This document shows, one piece after another, positions 8,435 through 18,522 of a stretch of DNA of 64,000 nucleotides. Location of the stretch: positions 95,458 through 159,457 of the forward strand of contig CAJTLX010000003.1 of NCBI GenBank assembly GCA_910577165.1. The letters run 5' to 3'. Each line of letters begins with the position of its first letter. The first letter of the stretch is position 1. A model generated the notes under the pieces. It was not told the origin of the DNA, searched no databases, and saw nothing but the letters and a program-made list of their open reading frames with translations. Origin of the DNA: an uncultured Lachnospiraceae bacterium (GTDB taxonomy: Bacteria > Bacillota > Clostridia > Lachnospirales > Lachnospiraceae). The position numbers and the translations under genes were made by a program.

Positions 8435-8542
8435 CATATATGTATAGGAATAAATAGTTGTTAATATAAGCATCCTGTGCGGCAAGTAGGAAAAAACTTT
8501 TTCCTACTCCATTGATAAAGATAAGAAAGATAAGGGGAAAAA

Positions 8543-9907
8543 ATGAGATCCAAAACGCAGATCAACAAAAAAGAATTTTACCATATTTTGTCAAGACTTG
8601 CCTTTCCCATCGCATTCCAGAGCCTGATGCTCGCATCCGTAGCGGCAGGGGATGCACTGATGTTGGGGAAGGTGGCACAGGATGAGATGACCGCCGTTTC
8701 CTTAGCGACGCAAATCCAGTTTATACAGAATATGTTTGTCACGGCAATCACGGGGGCGGGGGCTATTCTTGGTGCGCAATATTGGGGAAAACGCGATAAA
8801 TATACATTGGAAAATATATTTAATTTGATTCTTCGGTTTAGCGGTGCTGTCTCCGTACTGTTTTTCCTTGCCTGTGAACTGACCCCAGAATTACTTATGC
8901 ATATATTTACTCCAGATACCTCGCTAATTGCCATTGGCAGTTCCTATCTGCGTATTGCTGGCTGGTCATATTTGCTTACTGGTATTTCCCAGTGCTATCT
9001 GGCGATAATGAAGGTATCCGATTATGTGAAGCCCTGTGCATTGATCAGCTCCTGTGCGGTAATTTTAAATATCGGACTAAATGCCGTATTTATTTTTGGA
9101 TTACTTGGTGCACCAAGAATGCAGGCAAGAGGGGCAGCTCTCGCCACCACCATCTCCCGCATTGTTGAACTTGCCCTGTGCATTGTAATATCCGCGAAAA
9201 CATCTTATATCTGTCCAGTATTTGGAAGATTTTTCCAAATGCCGAAAACGCTGAAATCTGACTTTGCAAAACAGTGTCTTCCTCTTATGGGAGGATCCTT
9301 ATGCTGGGGGATCGGATTTACGTCCTATACCGCCATTATGGGGCATATGGGAACCGATGCGGCAGCCGCCAATTCTGTGGCAGCAGTTGTCCGTGACCTG
9401 ATCTGTTGTATGTGCAACGGCATTGGAAGCGCGGCGGGGATTATGGTAGGAAATGAACTTGGTGCGGGGCACCTCCTCCGCGGAAAAGCATATGGGATAA
9501 AACTTAAAAATATCTCTTATGTTATCGGCTTTATATCCGCCGCCCTTGTGCTTGCTGTGACCCCGCTGATTATCGACAGAGTAAGCTTAACCCCAAAAGC
9601 CAGAGAGTATCTTATCGGAATGATGGGAATTATTGCAGTCTATATGATTGGTCGCTGTATCAATACCGTTGTGATCAATGGGGTGCTGGACGGGGGTGGC
9701 GATACGCTCTTTGATATGTACAGCCTGATTGTCTGTATGTGGCTGATTGCCATCCCCTTAGCACTTGTGGCGGCATTTGTCCTGCACTGGTCCCCGCTTA
9801 TTGTTTACTCCTGCACCTGCTTAGATGAGGTGGGAAAGATTCCCTGGGTGATTTTTCGCTTTCGGAAATATAAATGGGTAAAGGATCTGACAAGATCTAT
9901 GAATTGA
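8543..9907 (+). CDS. MATE-family efflux transporter
   Basis: 454-aa polytopic ORF (about 12 hydrophobic segments) with a typical MATE N-terminus (LSRLAFPIAFQSLMLASV). RBS AAGGGGAAAAAA. Confidence 0.85.
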   Translation: MRSKTQINKKEFYHILSRLAFPIAFQSLMLASVAAGDALMLGKVAQDEMTAVSLATQIQFIQNMFVTAITGAGAILGAQYWGKRDKYTLENIFNLILRFSGAVSVLFFLACELTPELLMHIFTPDTSLIAIGSSYLRIAGWSYLLTGISQCYLAIMKVSDYVKPCALISSCAVILNIGLNAVFIFGLLGAPRMQARGAALATTISRIVELALCIVISAKTSYICPVFGRFFQMPKTLKSDFAKQCLPLMGGSLCWGIGFTSYTAIMGHMGTDAAAANSVAAVVRDLICCMCNGIGSAAGIMVGNELGAGHLLRGKAYGIKLKNISYVIGFISAALVLAVTPLIIDRVSLTPKAREYLIGMMGIIAVYMIGRCINTVVINGVLDGGGDTLFDMYSLIVCMWLIAIPLALVAAFVLHWSPLIVYSCTCLDEVGKIPWVIFRFRKYKWVKDLTRSMN

Positions 9908-11543
9908 TTGCCTCCACTACCGCAGGGATCATCTGCTTTTTGCGCGATACCACGCCCGCAAGCAAAAAGCCTTTTTCCTTTGCCTTAACATGGAATGCAT
10001 TTTCCAGTAAGCTCTCCGCCCCGTTTCCGATATAGAGTACTTCGGTGGATTCACGTATAATATTAGTCAGCATAAAAAATACCATGTCCACGCCCAGTTC
10101 CCTGTACGCCTTCTCCATATAGGGCAGCAGCCGCTCCTTTAGCTCTGCTAACCCCAGTGCATTCATCGAATTGATCTGTCCGACACCGAATGTAATATTT
10201 CCCGCAGAGAATTTTTTAAAGTCCTGATAAAAAATCTCCTCGGAGGATTTTAATTTCAGATCGCTACCCGCCTCAAACATTTCCCCGGCAAATTCGGTTA
10301 CATCAAATTTTGCAATTGCCGCAAGTGTTTCTGCTGCCGCTCTGTCGACCTCCGTACAGGTTGGAGAACGATACATTAAAGTATCAGAAATAATTGCTGC
10401 GCATAAAAGGCTGGCTATCTTCTGATCAATCTCCACTCCATTTTCCTGGTACATCTGATAGATAATTGTCGCCGTGCAGCCGAGCGGCTGGTTGCGGAAA
10501 AAGACGGGCGACATCGTCTCGATTGTACCGAGCCGATGATGGTCAATAATCTCTAAGATCTCCGCCTCGTCCACACCGTCCACCGCCTGGGTCTTCTCGT
10601 TATGATCAACTAAAACTACCTGTTTGCGCCGCATATTTAATAAATTTCGGCGTGAGATCATCCCACAGTAATTGCCCTTGCGGTCAAGAATTGGAAAATC
10701 TCTATTACGTTTCTGTGCCATTATATTTTTAATTTCCTCGACAAATGCATCCTTTTGAAAGGTATTTAGATTGTCCCGCACCATAAAATGTTCGATCGGC
10801 ATACTCTGATGAATCAGCCGCGCCACCGTGTATGTATCGTGCGGGGTGCTGATCACGGTACAGCCATGTTCCTTCGCCAACATCTGTATCGTGTGGGAAA
10901 TCTTTGCTCCCTCACATACAATAATGCAGCCCGCATTCATCTCGATCGCGCATAATTGCGATTCATAGCGGTTTCCAAGGATCACCAGATCATGTTCCTC
11001 AATATAATCTTCCATTAAATCCGGGTTTGCTGCTGCAATCAGCACTTTTCCTTCGGTGAATATTTTTTCTGGATCACCGACGACCATTGTGCCGTCTAAA
11101 GTTTCCAAAATATTAGTATATGGTGTTTTCGCTTCTGCCAAAATTTTACTGTCATATACCTCCATATACGAAGTGGCAATATCGCTGATGGTAATTAACC
11201 CCGTTAATTTCCTGCCCTCCGTGATGGGAAGAGTCACCACATTCTGCTTTTTCATTAACATCCAAGCTTTTTTCAGCGAAATCTGACTATTTACCCCTGC
11301 TGTGTTCCGGATTTCAATATCGCGTACCTGGGTGGAAACATCGGAGATATACTCCGGCATCTTCACTCCAAAGCGGTTCAGCACATACTGTGTTTCCGCA
11401 TTGATCTGCCCCGCCCGCATTGGCACATATGCCTTTCCTGTCAAAATCTTTTTTAGATTTGCATATGCAATTGCGGAGCAGATGGAGTCCGTGTCCGGAT
11501 TCTTATGCCCGATCACAAAAATTTTGCGCTCCTGCTCTGCCAT
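9897..11543 (-). CDS. ppaC: family II (DHH) inorganic pyrophosphatase with CBS/DRTGG insert
   Basis: IFVIGHKNPDTDSICSAIAYA, VLVDHNE, IIDHHRLG, GCTATIIY and a central CBS-pair-like insertion. 548 aa. Confidence 0.85.
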   Translation of the reverse strand: MAEQERKIFVIGHKNPDTDSICSAIAYANLKKILTGKAYVPMRAGQINAETQYVLNRFGVKMPEYISDVSTQVRDIEIRNTAGVNSQISLKKAWMLMKKQNVVTLPITEGRKLTGLITISDIATSYMEVYDSKILAEAKTPYTNILETLDGTMVVGDPEKIFTEGKVLIAAANPDLMEDYIEEHDLVILGNRYESQLCAIEMNAGCIIVCEGAKISHTIQMLAKEHGCTVISTPHDTYTVARLIHQSMPIEHFMVRDNLNTFQKDAFVEEIKNIMAQKRNRDFPILDRKGNYCGMISRRNLLNMRRKQVVLVDHNEKTQAVDGVDEAEILEIIDHHRLGTIETMSPVFFRNQPLGCTATIIYQMYQENGVEIDQKIASLLCAAIISDTLMYRSPTCTEVDRAAAETLAAIAKFDVTEFAGEMFEAGSDLKLKSSEEIFYQDFKKFSAGNITFGVGQINSMNALGLAELKERLLPYMEKAYRELGVDMVFFMLTNIIRESTEVLYIGNGAESLLENAFHVKAKEKGFLLAGVVSRKKQMIPAVVEAINS

Positions 11544-11556
11544 ACCTTCACCTCTT

Positions 11557-11692
11557 ATTTTTAGTTCCGCAAATGTTCCCTCACTACCTGGGAGGGATTT
11601 TGGTTCGCTTTGCTCCCATAAATCCCTCCGGGTGCTGTACGGACATCTGCTGTTTTTAATTTTTATTTTTAGTTCCGGGAAACTGCTGTTTC
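11557..11692. repeat. intergenic hairpin repeat family: one full copy plus a hairpin-less head+tail mini-copy
   Basis: Head TTTTTAGTTCCGC, arms GGAGGGATTT (11591-11600) / AAATCCCTCC (11620-11629), tail CTGCTGTTTTT. Then ATTTTTAGTTCCGGGAAACTGCTGTTTC (11665-11692). Fills the smpB-stop to ppaC-RBS gap. Confidence 0.7.
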
Positions 11693-12169
11693 TTAATACA
11701 TATTCTTTACTTTAAAATCCTTCTCCGCCTCTCTGCGCTGGTCTTTCTTCGCGATCGCCTCGCGCTTGTCATAAAGTTTCTTCCCGCGCGCCAGACCAAC
11801 TTCCACCTTGACTAGGCTCCCCTTAAAATAGATGTTTAATGGCACCAGCGTATATCCCTTCTCCTTGATTTTCCCCAGCAATTTGTTAATCTCATACCTG
11901 TGCAGCAGAAGCTTTCGCACACGCAGAGGATCTTTGTTAAAAATATTGCCCTTCTCATACGGGCTGATATGCATACCATACAGATATACTTCGCCCTTCT
12001 CAATGCGAATAAACGTCTCTTTAATGCTGCCCTTCCCCATACGCAGAGATTTTACCTCCGTCCCCGCAAGCGAAATTCCCGCCTCATACGTTTCCTCAAT
12101 AAAATAGTCAAAAAATGCCTTTTTATTGTTCGCTACAATTTTTTTTCCTTCCTTTGAACTCTTTGCCAT
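11693..12169 (-). CDS. smpB: SsrA-binding protein SmpB
   Basis: 158 aa. [29 protein letters not shown] and the C-terminal basic tail are typical of SmpB. Confidence 0.95.
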   Translation of the reverse strand: MAKSSKEGKKIVANNKKAFFDYFIEETYEAGISLAGTEVKSLRMGKGSIKETFIRIEKGEVYLYGMHISPYEKGNIFNKDPLRVRKLLLHRYEINKLLGKIKEKGYTLVPLNIYFKGSLVKVEVGLARGKKLYDKREAIAKKDQRREAEKDFKVKNMY

Positions 12170-12274
12170 ACTCCCTCATTTCTGCTATAATAAAAATTTA
12201 TGCTATAATATTTTTCTCTAATTATACTTTTATAAAAATTATTATATTATAACCGCGATATTTTCTGCATTATC

Positions 12275-14383
12275 CTACACTAATAGCATCTCAATTGTTT
12301 TCAATGCCTTATCCGTCGCCACAATCTCGACTTTCACTTTTTGTCCAAGCTTGTAGGTTCTCCTTGTATGCTCGCCAATCAGCTGATAGCCCGCCTCATC
12401 GAAAATATAGTAATCGTCATCCATCTCGGAAAGACGCACCATTCCCTCCACCGTATTTGGCAGTTCCACATACATCCCCCAGGAGGTCACTCCAGAAATC
12501 ACTCCCTCGAAAACTTCGCCGAGTTTTTTCGACATATATTCTACTTTCTTTAATTTCTCCACCTCGCGCTCCGCCTCGTCCGCCCGACGTTCTGTCTGAC
12601 TCGCCTGTTTTGCCGCCTCAGGGAGGATTCCGCGATAGTGGGAGATATGCTTTTCATCAAGTTTTCCACGCAGATTTTCCTTGATAATCCGGTGAATTTG
12701 CAGATCCGGGTAACGTCTGATCGGGGAGGTAAAATGGCAATAATATTTTGCCGCCAGCCCGAAATGCCCGTCGCAGTAATCTGTATATTTTGCTTGTTTC
12801 ATCGAGCGCAGACAGAGTCTTGCAATCATTGGCTCCTCGGCTGTCCCATCCACCTTCTCAAGAAGTTTTTGCAGTTCTTTAGGATGAATCTCATCCTGCC
12901 CGATATGAATGCTGTAACCGAAATTATTGATAAAGATTCCCAATTTCTGGATCTTCTCCGCATCCGGATTCTCATGTGTTCGATATATAAATGGTAATTC
13001 CTGCCAATAATAATCTTCCGCGACGGTCTCGTTGGCAATCAGCATAAAATCTTCAATCAGTTTCGTTGCGCGATCGCGTTCATACGGCTTGATCTCTAAG
13101 GGATTCCCCGCCCCATCCACGATAATCTTGCACTCCGGGAAATCAAAGTCGATCGATCCGCGCTTTCTTCTCTTTTCCCGTAAAATTCCCGCAAGTTCAT
13201 CCATCTGCAATAGCATGGGTACAAGTTCTTTGTAGGATGCACACTCTTCCTCGTCGTGATCCTCAATAATTTTCTTTACCGAAGTATAAGTCATACGGTA
13301 GTCAACATTGATCACTGTCTCCGCAATCCGATGTCCTACCACATTTCCCTTTTTATCGATCTCCATCAGACAGCTTAACGCCAACCTGTCGCACCCTGCA
13401 TTTAGTGAACAGATACCATTTGAAAGGCGATGCGGCAGCATTGGAATTACGCGATCTACCAGATAGACACTTGTCCCGCGCTTATATGCCTCCCTGTCAA
13501 GTGCCGAACCCTCCTTTACATACTCGCTGACATCCGCGATATGCACACCTAACTCCCAGTGATCCCCCTTGCTGTTTAATGTGATCGCATCGTCCAAATC
13601 CTTTGCGTCCTCGCCATCGATAGTAATGGTAAGAAGTCCCCGCAAATCAAGCCGCCCCTCCATCTGCTCTTTGGCAACTTCCTCAGGAACGCGCTCAGTC
13701 TGCGTATAGACTGCCTCCGGATACTCAAGCGGAATGCCGTAAGCATAAACCACCGAAAGTACATCCACCCCAGGATCATTGATATGTCCGATCACTTTGA
13801 CGATCTCTCCCTCTGGATTTTTTTTCTCATCTCCATAATCGGTAAGTTCTACCAGGACTTTATGTCCCTCTACCGCTCCCGCGGTCTTTCCCTTGGGAAT
13901 AAACACATCGTAGGCAAATTTTTGATTGTCTGGAATGACAAAGCCAAAACTCTTTCCCTTCTGATAGGTGCCAACAATCTGCTTTGTCCCATGTTCTACA
14001 ATCTCAAGTACCCTGCCCTGTGCCCGTTTTCCTAAACTCTTTTCCTCCTGCACCAAAATCCGCACCGTATCCCCATTCAGCGCACCCTTTGTCTCCTCCT
14101 CCGGAATAAAATAATCTTCTTTTTCCCCCTCGACACTCACAAAGCCAAATCCACGGCTTGTCCCGTGAAATAAACCCGTCTTTTTGTCTGCGTCCGCCGC
14201 ACGGTAACGACTCATTGTATCCACTGTAATCTTTCCCTCATGAATCAACGCGTCAAGTGTTTGTTTTAATTCCTCGCGTTCCGCCTTCGGTACCATCAAC
14301 AATACCGCAAGTTCTTTAAAACGCATTGGCCGATAACTTTTATCCGTGATCAATTCATAAAGCACCTGTTTTTTGTCTTCCAT
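12275..14383 (-). CDS. rnr: ribonuclease R
   Basis: 702 aa. Cold-shock-like N-terminal region, RNB core (IDGEDAKDLDDAI, YLVDRVIPMLP, HFGLAAKYYCHFTSPIRRYPDL) and a C-terminal S1 domain (FEGVISGVTSWGMYVEL). Confidence 0.93.
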   Translation of the reverse strand: MEDKKQVLYELITDKSYRPMRFKELAVLLMVPKAEREELKQTLDALIHEGKITVDTMSRYRAADADKKTGLFHGTSRGFGFVSVEGEKEDYFIPEEETKGALNGDTVRILVQEEKSLGKRAQGRVLEIVEHGTKQIVGTYQKGKSFGFVIPDNQKFAYDVFIPKGKTAGAVEGHKVLVELTDYGDEKKNPEGEIVKVIGHINDPGVDVLSVVYAYGIPLEYPEAVYTQTERVPEEVAKEQMEGRLDLRGLLTITIDGEDAKDLDDAITLNSKGDHWELGVHIADVSEYVKEGSALDREAYKRGTSVYLVDRVIPMLPHRLSNGICSLNAGCDRLALSCLMEIDKKGNVVGHRIAETVINVDYRMTYTSVKKIIEDHDEEECASYKELVPMLLQMDELAGILREKRRKRGSIDFDFPECKIIVDGAGNPLEIKPYERDRATKLIEDFMLIANETVAEDYYWQELPFIYRTHENPDAEKIQKLGIFINNFGYSIHIGQDEIHPKELQKLLEKVDGTAEEPMIARLCLRSMKQAKYTDYCDGHFGLAAKYYCHFTSPIRRYPDLQIHRIIKENLRGKLDEKHISHYRGILPEAAKQASQTERRADEAEREVEKLKKVEYMSKKLGEVFEGVISGVTSWGMYVELPNTVEGMVRLSEMDDDYYIFDEAGYQLIGEHTRRTYKLGQKVKVEIVATDKALKTIEMLLV

Positions 14384-14492
14384 TTTCCCTCATTTCCAAA
14401 GCACACAGTAAACGATGCTGTAGTGCTTTCAATTTTTTTGGCAGCTATTTTTATTCCGCCCTAAATAATGCAGTTTTTCGCCCTTAAAACGT

Positions 14493-14523
14493 AAAAAAGG
14501 ACACGCCAAGAGCCATGTCCTTT
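14493..14523 (-). terminator. rho-independent terminator after secG
   Basis: Minus strand AGGACATGG..GCGTGTCCT stem followed by TTTTTT, 9 nt after the secG stop. Confidence 0.7.
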
Positions 14524-14531
14524 GGATTGAT

Positions 14532-14771
14532 TTACCATTTCATTGCCAGAACAATCGAGAGAATAATAAAGAGTGCAGCGAGGATCTTTGTGATCTTTTC
14601 CAAAGTTCCCTCCATTGAACGTCCTTTATTCTTGCCCCAGTACGTATCTGCCACACCGTTGATCGCTCCGGAAAGCCCTGCGGATTTGCCCTCCTGCATC
14701 AGTACAACCACAATCAATGCAATACAGAACAATACATAAATTACTGTAACAATACCTTTTAAAACTTCCAT
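14532..14771 (-). CDS. secG: preprotein translocase subunit SecG
   Basis: 79-aa two-TM protein with MQEGKSAGLSG.. loop characteristic of SecG. Sits in the secG-rnr-smpB order known from Bacillus. Confidence 0.85.
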   Translation of the reverse strand: MEVLKGIVTVIYVLFCIALIVVVLMQEGKSAGLSGAINGVADTYWGKNKGRSMEGTLEKITKILAALFIILSIVLAMKW

Positions 14772-14898
14772 GCTTTCTCGTTCCTTTCCTTCCGCTTTTC
14801 ACATATTTCGCCAAGAAAACGCCACGCAGTTCAATCCTTCCCGCTTTTACCGCTTTCCCTCTACGACTCTGTACAGCCTGTTCAAAGTCATGCTCTTG

Positions 14899-14927
14899 AT
14901 TATAGCATATCCGTAGCAGGATTTCAA
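14899..14927 (-). promoter_or_regulatory. sigma-A promoter of secG-rnr-smpB
   Basis: TTGAAA (14927-14922), 17-nt spacer, TATAAT (14904-14899) on the minus strand. Confidence 0.65.
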
Positions 14928-15004
14928 GTATTTTCTTGCGCGAAAATTTTATCTATTCTGTCCGTTCCATCTCAATCCACTTGTGGTAGTCAGGAGCAGG
15001 ACAA

Positions 15005-15268
15005 TTACAGGGAATCCTTGCTGTTAATTATTGAATCTTTGGCAGCTTCGGATTGGTTTATTAATTTCATTACCGCTGTCAAATCTTCTTCCGCATCTGC
15101 GATAATGCATTTGAGCGTAATCGAATAGATAAGCAAAAACAAAAAAGTGCCGACAAAAATAAGATCACAATTTCCACTTAATAGTCGAAGAACAAGCATT
15201 ATTCCCATACATACAAGAAAAACCATTAAAATCCGGCATAGGATTTTGCACCTTGTAAAAAATCTCAA
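15005..15268 (-). CDS. small hypothetical membrane protein
   Basis: 87-aa ORF with TTG start 6 nt after GAGGAGG. Two hydrophobic segments. No family recognised. Confidence 0.45.
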   Translation of the reverse strand: MRFFTRCKILCRILMVFLVCMGIMLVLRLLSGNCDLIFVGTFLFLLIYSITLKCIIADAEEDLTAVMKLINQSEAAKDSIINSKDSL

Positions 15269-15326
15269 TAGTATCCTCCTCTATCTAATTGCCCGATCCC
15301 TTCCCCATATAATTTCCCGCAAAGAT

Positions 15327-16883
15327 TTAGAGGTCAGCCAAAGCAAAATAGTCAAACAGCGCGTAATTTGTTGAGTCTCTGTGATTCGCGCTCGCATACA
15401 TTCCGATGGTATTGCCGACAAAACCGCCCGCCATCTCAGTGCTTAAAAAGCGTGCGTCCGCCTCAGCGGAAAGTTTTTCGAAAGCTTTATCTTGCAGGGC
15501 ATACCAAAAAGAAAGATTCTGTCCTTTTTGCATAATCTTTAAAGTGATCGCGATCTTCTTCTGCGAAAGCATAGTTTCTGCAATTACAGAGTCCGCGTGG
15601 TTCGATGATTCTCCAAATTTTATCACACGCAGCAGAAAATTTCCATTTTCTTCCACTACCACAAAGCGCAGACTTGCTTTCTCGCTCTGCAAAATAACGA
15701 GTCCTGCCTCCTCGCCCGTACCGGGTGCAAATTCCATCCTTGTCTCCGCCGTATAATTATAGCTCTTTTGCCGCACACCAAGATAGGAGGCGGTTGTCGG
15801 CTCTGTAATTACTTCCGCCGCTGTGTTTAGGGCGAGTTTCCCCGGAATTTTTTCAAGAGAATACATATCCGGCTTTGGATTGCGCACGGTCACAAAATGT
15901 GGGTTGAGTATCCGGTCATGGAAAAGATAAAAATCTCTCTCCGGCAGTGCCTCCTCCTCCGAAAGGTTAACATCCAGGATATCCGTTAATTTTCCTTCTC
16001 CCTCGTTGACCACCGGCCAGCCATTCTCCCAGGTAACTTTCGCAAGGAAGGTTTCGCGCCCCAATCCGCTGTATCCCTCACATGGGCGGGAGGCAAGCAT
16101 TACCATATACCAGTCGTCTTTAGGGGTATCCACCAGGTCAGCATGTCCGACATAGCGGATCGGGTAGGTCTTTCCCAGATGGCGATGGGTTAAGATTGGG
16201 TTGTCAAAATTTCCGACATAAGGGCCGAAAACTTCCTTGCTGCGCGCTATGCAGACCGCATGGGAAGGTCCCGTTCCGCCCTCGGCATGCATAATATAAT
16301 ACCATCCATCCTTCTTGTACAGATGCGGACCTTCCGGCCATTCAACATCGCGCATCGCGCCTTTCCAGACTAACTTGTAATCGCCAACAAGACAGAAATG
16401 CTTTATATCAAGCTCCTGAATATAGATATACCAGTCCCCATTATAACGCACACCATCCGGATTCGCGCGCGTGCCAATATAATAACATTTTCCGTCCTCG
16501 TCAAAAAAGATACTTGGGTCAATTCCCTCCGCTCCCTTCAAATAATGTGGTTCCGACCAAGGACCGGCCGGATCGGTGGCGGTGACAATAAAATTCCCCC
16601 CAAAGGAAACATTGGTGGTGATCATATAGAATACACCGTTATAATACCGGATTGTCGGTGCGAAAATTCCGCGCGACATCCCATCATTCCCAAGAGGAAG
16701 CTGGGAAGGGCGATCGAGAATATTTCCAATCTGGTGAAAATGACATAGATCTTTGCTGGCAAAAATCGGTACGCCCGGAAAATAGGCAAAGGTAGAATTC
16801 ACAATATAATAGGTATCCCCGACCCGACAAATTGACGGATCAGGATAAAAACCAGATAAAATCGGATTTTTTACTTTTGACAT
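15327..16883 (-). CDS. glycoside hydrolase family 43 beta-xylosidase/alpha-L-arabinofuranosidase (XynB-like)
   Basis: 518 aa. NPILSGFYPDPSICRVGDTYYIV, GIFAPTIRY, EGPHLYKKDGWYY and a C-terminal beta-sandwich domain. Confidence 0.9.
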   Translation of the reverse strand: MSKVKNPILSGFYPDPSICRVGDTYYIVNSTFAYFPGVPIFASKDLCHFHQIGNILDRPSQLPLGNDGMSRGIFAPTIRYYNGVFYMITTNVSFGGNFIVTATDPAGPWSEPHYLKGAEGIDPSIFFDEDGKCYYIGTRANPDGVRYNGDWYIYIQELDIKHFCLVGDYKLVWKGAMRDVEWPEGPHLYKKDGWYYIMHAEGGTGPSHAVCIARSKEVFGPYVGNFDNPILTHRHLGKTYPIRYVGHADLVDTPKDDWYMVMLASRPCEGYSGLGRETFLAKVTWENGWPVVNEGEGKLTDILDVNLSEEEALPERDFYLFHDRILNPHFVTVRNPKPDMYSLEKIPGKLALNTAAEVITEPTTASYLGVRQKSYNYTAETRMEFAPGTGEEAGLVILQSEKASLRFVVVEENGNFLLRVIKFGESSNHADSVIAETMLSQKKIAITLKIMQKGQNLSFWYALQDKAFEKLSAEADARFLSTEMAGGFVGNTIGMYASANHRDSTNYALFDYFALADL

Positions 16884-16895
16884 GGCAGTTTCCTT

Positions 16896-18500
16896 TCAAA
16901 TTGCAGTATATTTTTTTAATGTCGCCCGCACTGCGCCAGCTCCCGCATTTAACTCGTTAAAGTACACTGTGATTTTCTCTGATAAACCACATTCTACTAA
17001 GTTTACGGCAAAGAGATCCTCGCGGGATAAGATACCGTCAAGACTCCCTTTCTCTGCGCGCTCTCCAAAATGCACATTCTCTAGTGCTTCTGTCAATTCC
17101 GCAAGCATCGGATCAGAGGAAGGGGTAAACTTTGCCCCGGTATCGTCGACTCCTAAAAGGTAGCGCAGATATCCCGCCAGCACAAGCGGAATAAAGTTAA
17201 GTTTGCAAACTTCCTCCCCTTTGGCAAGATAGGCCTTGATTGTCTCACCAAAGCGAATTGGAAGTTTCTGGGAAGTATCTGTTGCAATGCGTTGCGGAGT
17301 ATCTGGCATAAAAACATTTGGTAAGCGTTTGGTTAAAACCGCACGGATAAAGTCCTCCGGTTTTAAAATTCCCGGATTTATTACGACTGGCATTCCTTCC
17401 TCGTATCCCATACGCGTGATCAGTGTACGTAATTCGGTATCTTCCATCTCATCGTGAATGGTAGTATAGGATAACAGGCAACCAAAAATGGCGAGCGCGG
17501 TGTGCAGCGGATTTAGGCAGGTGCAGACTTTCATCTTCTCCACCTTATCCACAGTCTGGCGGTCAGTAAAATAAATTCCTCCCTGATCAAGCGGAATTTT
17601 TCCGTTTGGAAAATTATCTTCAATTACAAGATACTGTGTTTCCTCCGCATTGACAAATGGCGCGGTGTATGTATTCTTGGCGGTGATAATTAGATCCGTA
17701 TCTGAAAATCCGTCCTTTTTTAGCATATCCTGCACCATTGCATCCGGGCGCGGCGTGATCTTGTCAATCATACTCCACGGAAAGGAAACTTTTGCAGAGT
17801 CATTTACATACTCCACAAATTCCTGCTCCACCAGCCCGTTTTTCGCCCATTCTTTTGCGTATGCGGTGATGGCCGCCCTCAATTTATCCCCATTGTGCGA
17901 GCAATTGTCCATACTGACCATAGCGATCGGCGCAGCACCATTTTGATAACGCGTGTACAAAAGGTTTGTAACCTTCCCCATAATATGCCGGAATGTTCCC
18001 TTCTCCATATCTTCCTTGACCACGGGCATATAATTTCCATCCGCCAGACTGATCGCATATCCTTTTTCTGTGATGGTAAAACTTGCCATCTTCAAAGATT
18101 GATTGGAAAATATTTCCAAAAGCCTTTCCCCATCCTTCCCTTCTTTGCTTGCCGTCAGGGACTCCACCACGCTGCCAATTACCTTCTTTTCAATGGAACC
18201 ATCCGCTTTTAGTACAACGAGAAGACTTAGATTGTCATATGGGCGATATGCCTTCTCAACAATCTCCTCATCAAATCCTTCGCACACAATCAGTCCGGTA
18301 TCCGCACATCCCTTTTCAAGAAGCGTTTGCAGTACTGCCGCAGGAAACGCGCGAAAGATATTGCCCGCACCAAAATGAATCCACTCCGGTGCCGCTTTTG
18401 TGCGCGCTGCAAGTGCCTCGCGGTCATAGTGGAATATCTCGTAGCCCTTTTCGGTAAATTCTTCCCGCCCTGGGGCATTTTTTATATCTGTCAATTTCAT
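16896..18500 (-). CDS. uxuB: mannitol-dehydrogenase-family fructuronate/tagaturonate reductase (D-mannonate oxidoreductase)
   Basis: 534 aa. N-terminal HFGAGNIFRAF Rossmann signature of the long-chain mannitol dehydrogenase family. Adjacent to uxuA and the GH67 gene. Confidence 0.8.
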   Translation of the reverse strand: MKLTDIKNAPGREEFTEKGYEIFHYDREALAARTKAAPEWIHFGAGNIFRAFPAAVLQTLLEKGCADTGLIVCEGFDEEIVEKAYRPYDNLSLLVVLKADGSIEKKVIGSVVESLTASKEGKDGERLLEIFSNQSLKMASFTITEKGYAISLADGNYMPVVKEDMEKGTFRHIMGKVTNLLYTRYQNGAAPIAMVSMDNCSHNGDKLRAAITAYAKEWAKNGLVEQEFVEYVNDSAKVSFPWSMIDKITPRPDAMVQDMLKKDGFSDTDLIITAKNTYTAPFVNAEETQYLVIEDNFPNGKIPLDQGGIYFTDRQTVDKVEKMKVCTCLNPLHTALAIFGCLLSYTTIHDEMEDTELRTLITRMGYEEGMPVVINPGILKPEDFIRAVLTKRLPNVFMPDTPQRIATDTSQKLPIRFGETIKAYLAKGEEVCKLNFIPLVLAGYLRYLLGVDDTGAKFTPSSDPMLAELTEALENVHFGERAEKGSLDGILSREDLFAVNLVECGLSEKITVYFNELNAGAGAVRATLKKYTAI

Positions 18501-18522
18501 AGCATTGAATCTCCTATTATAA

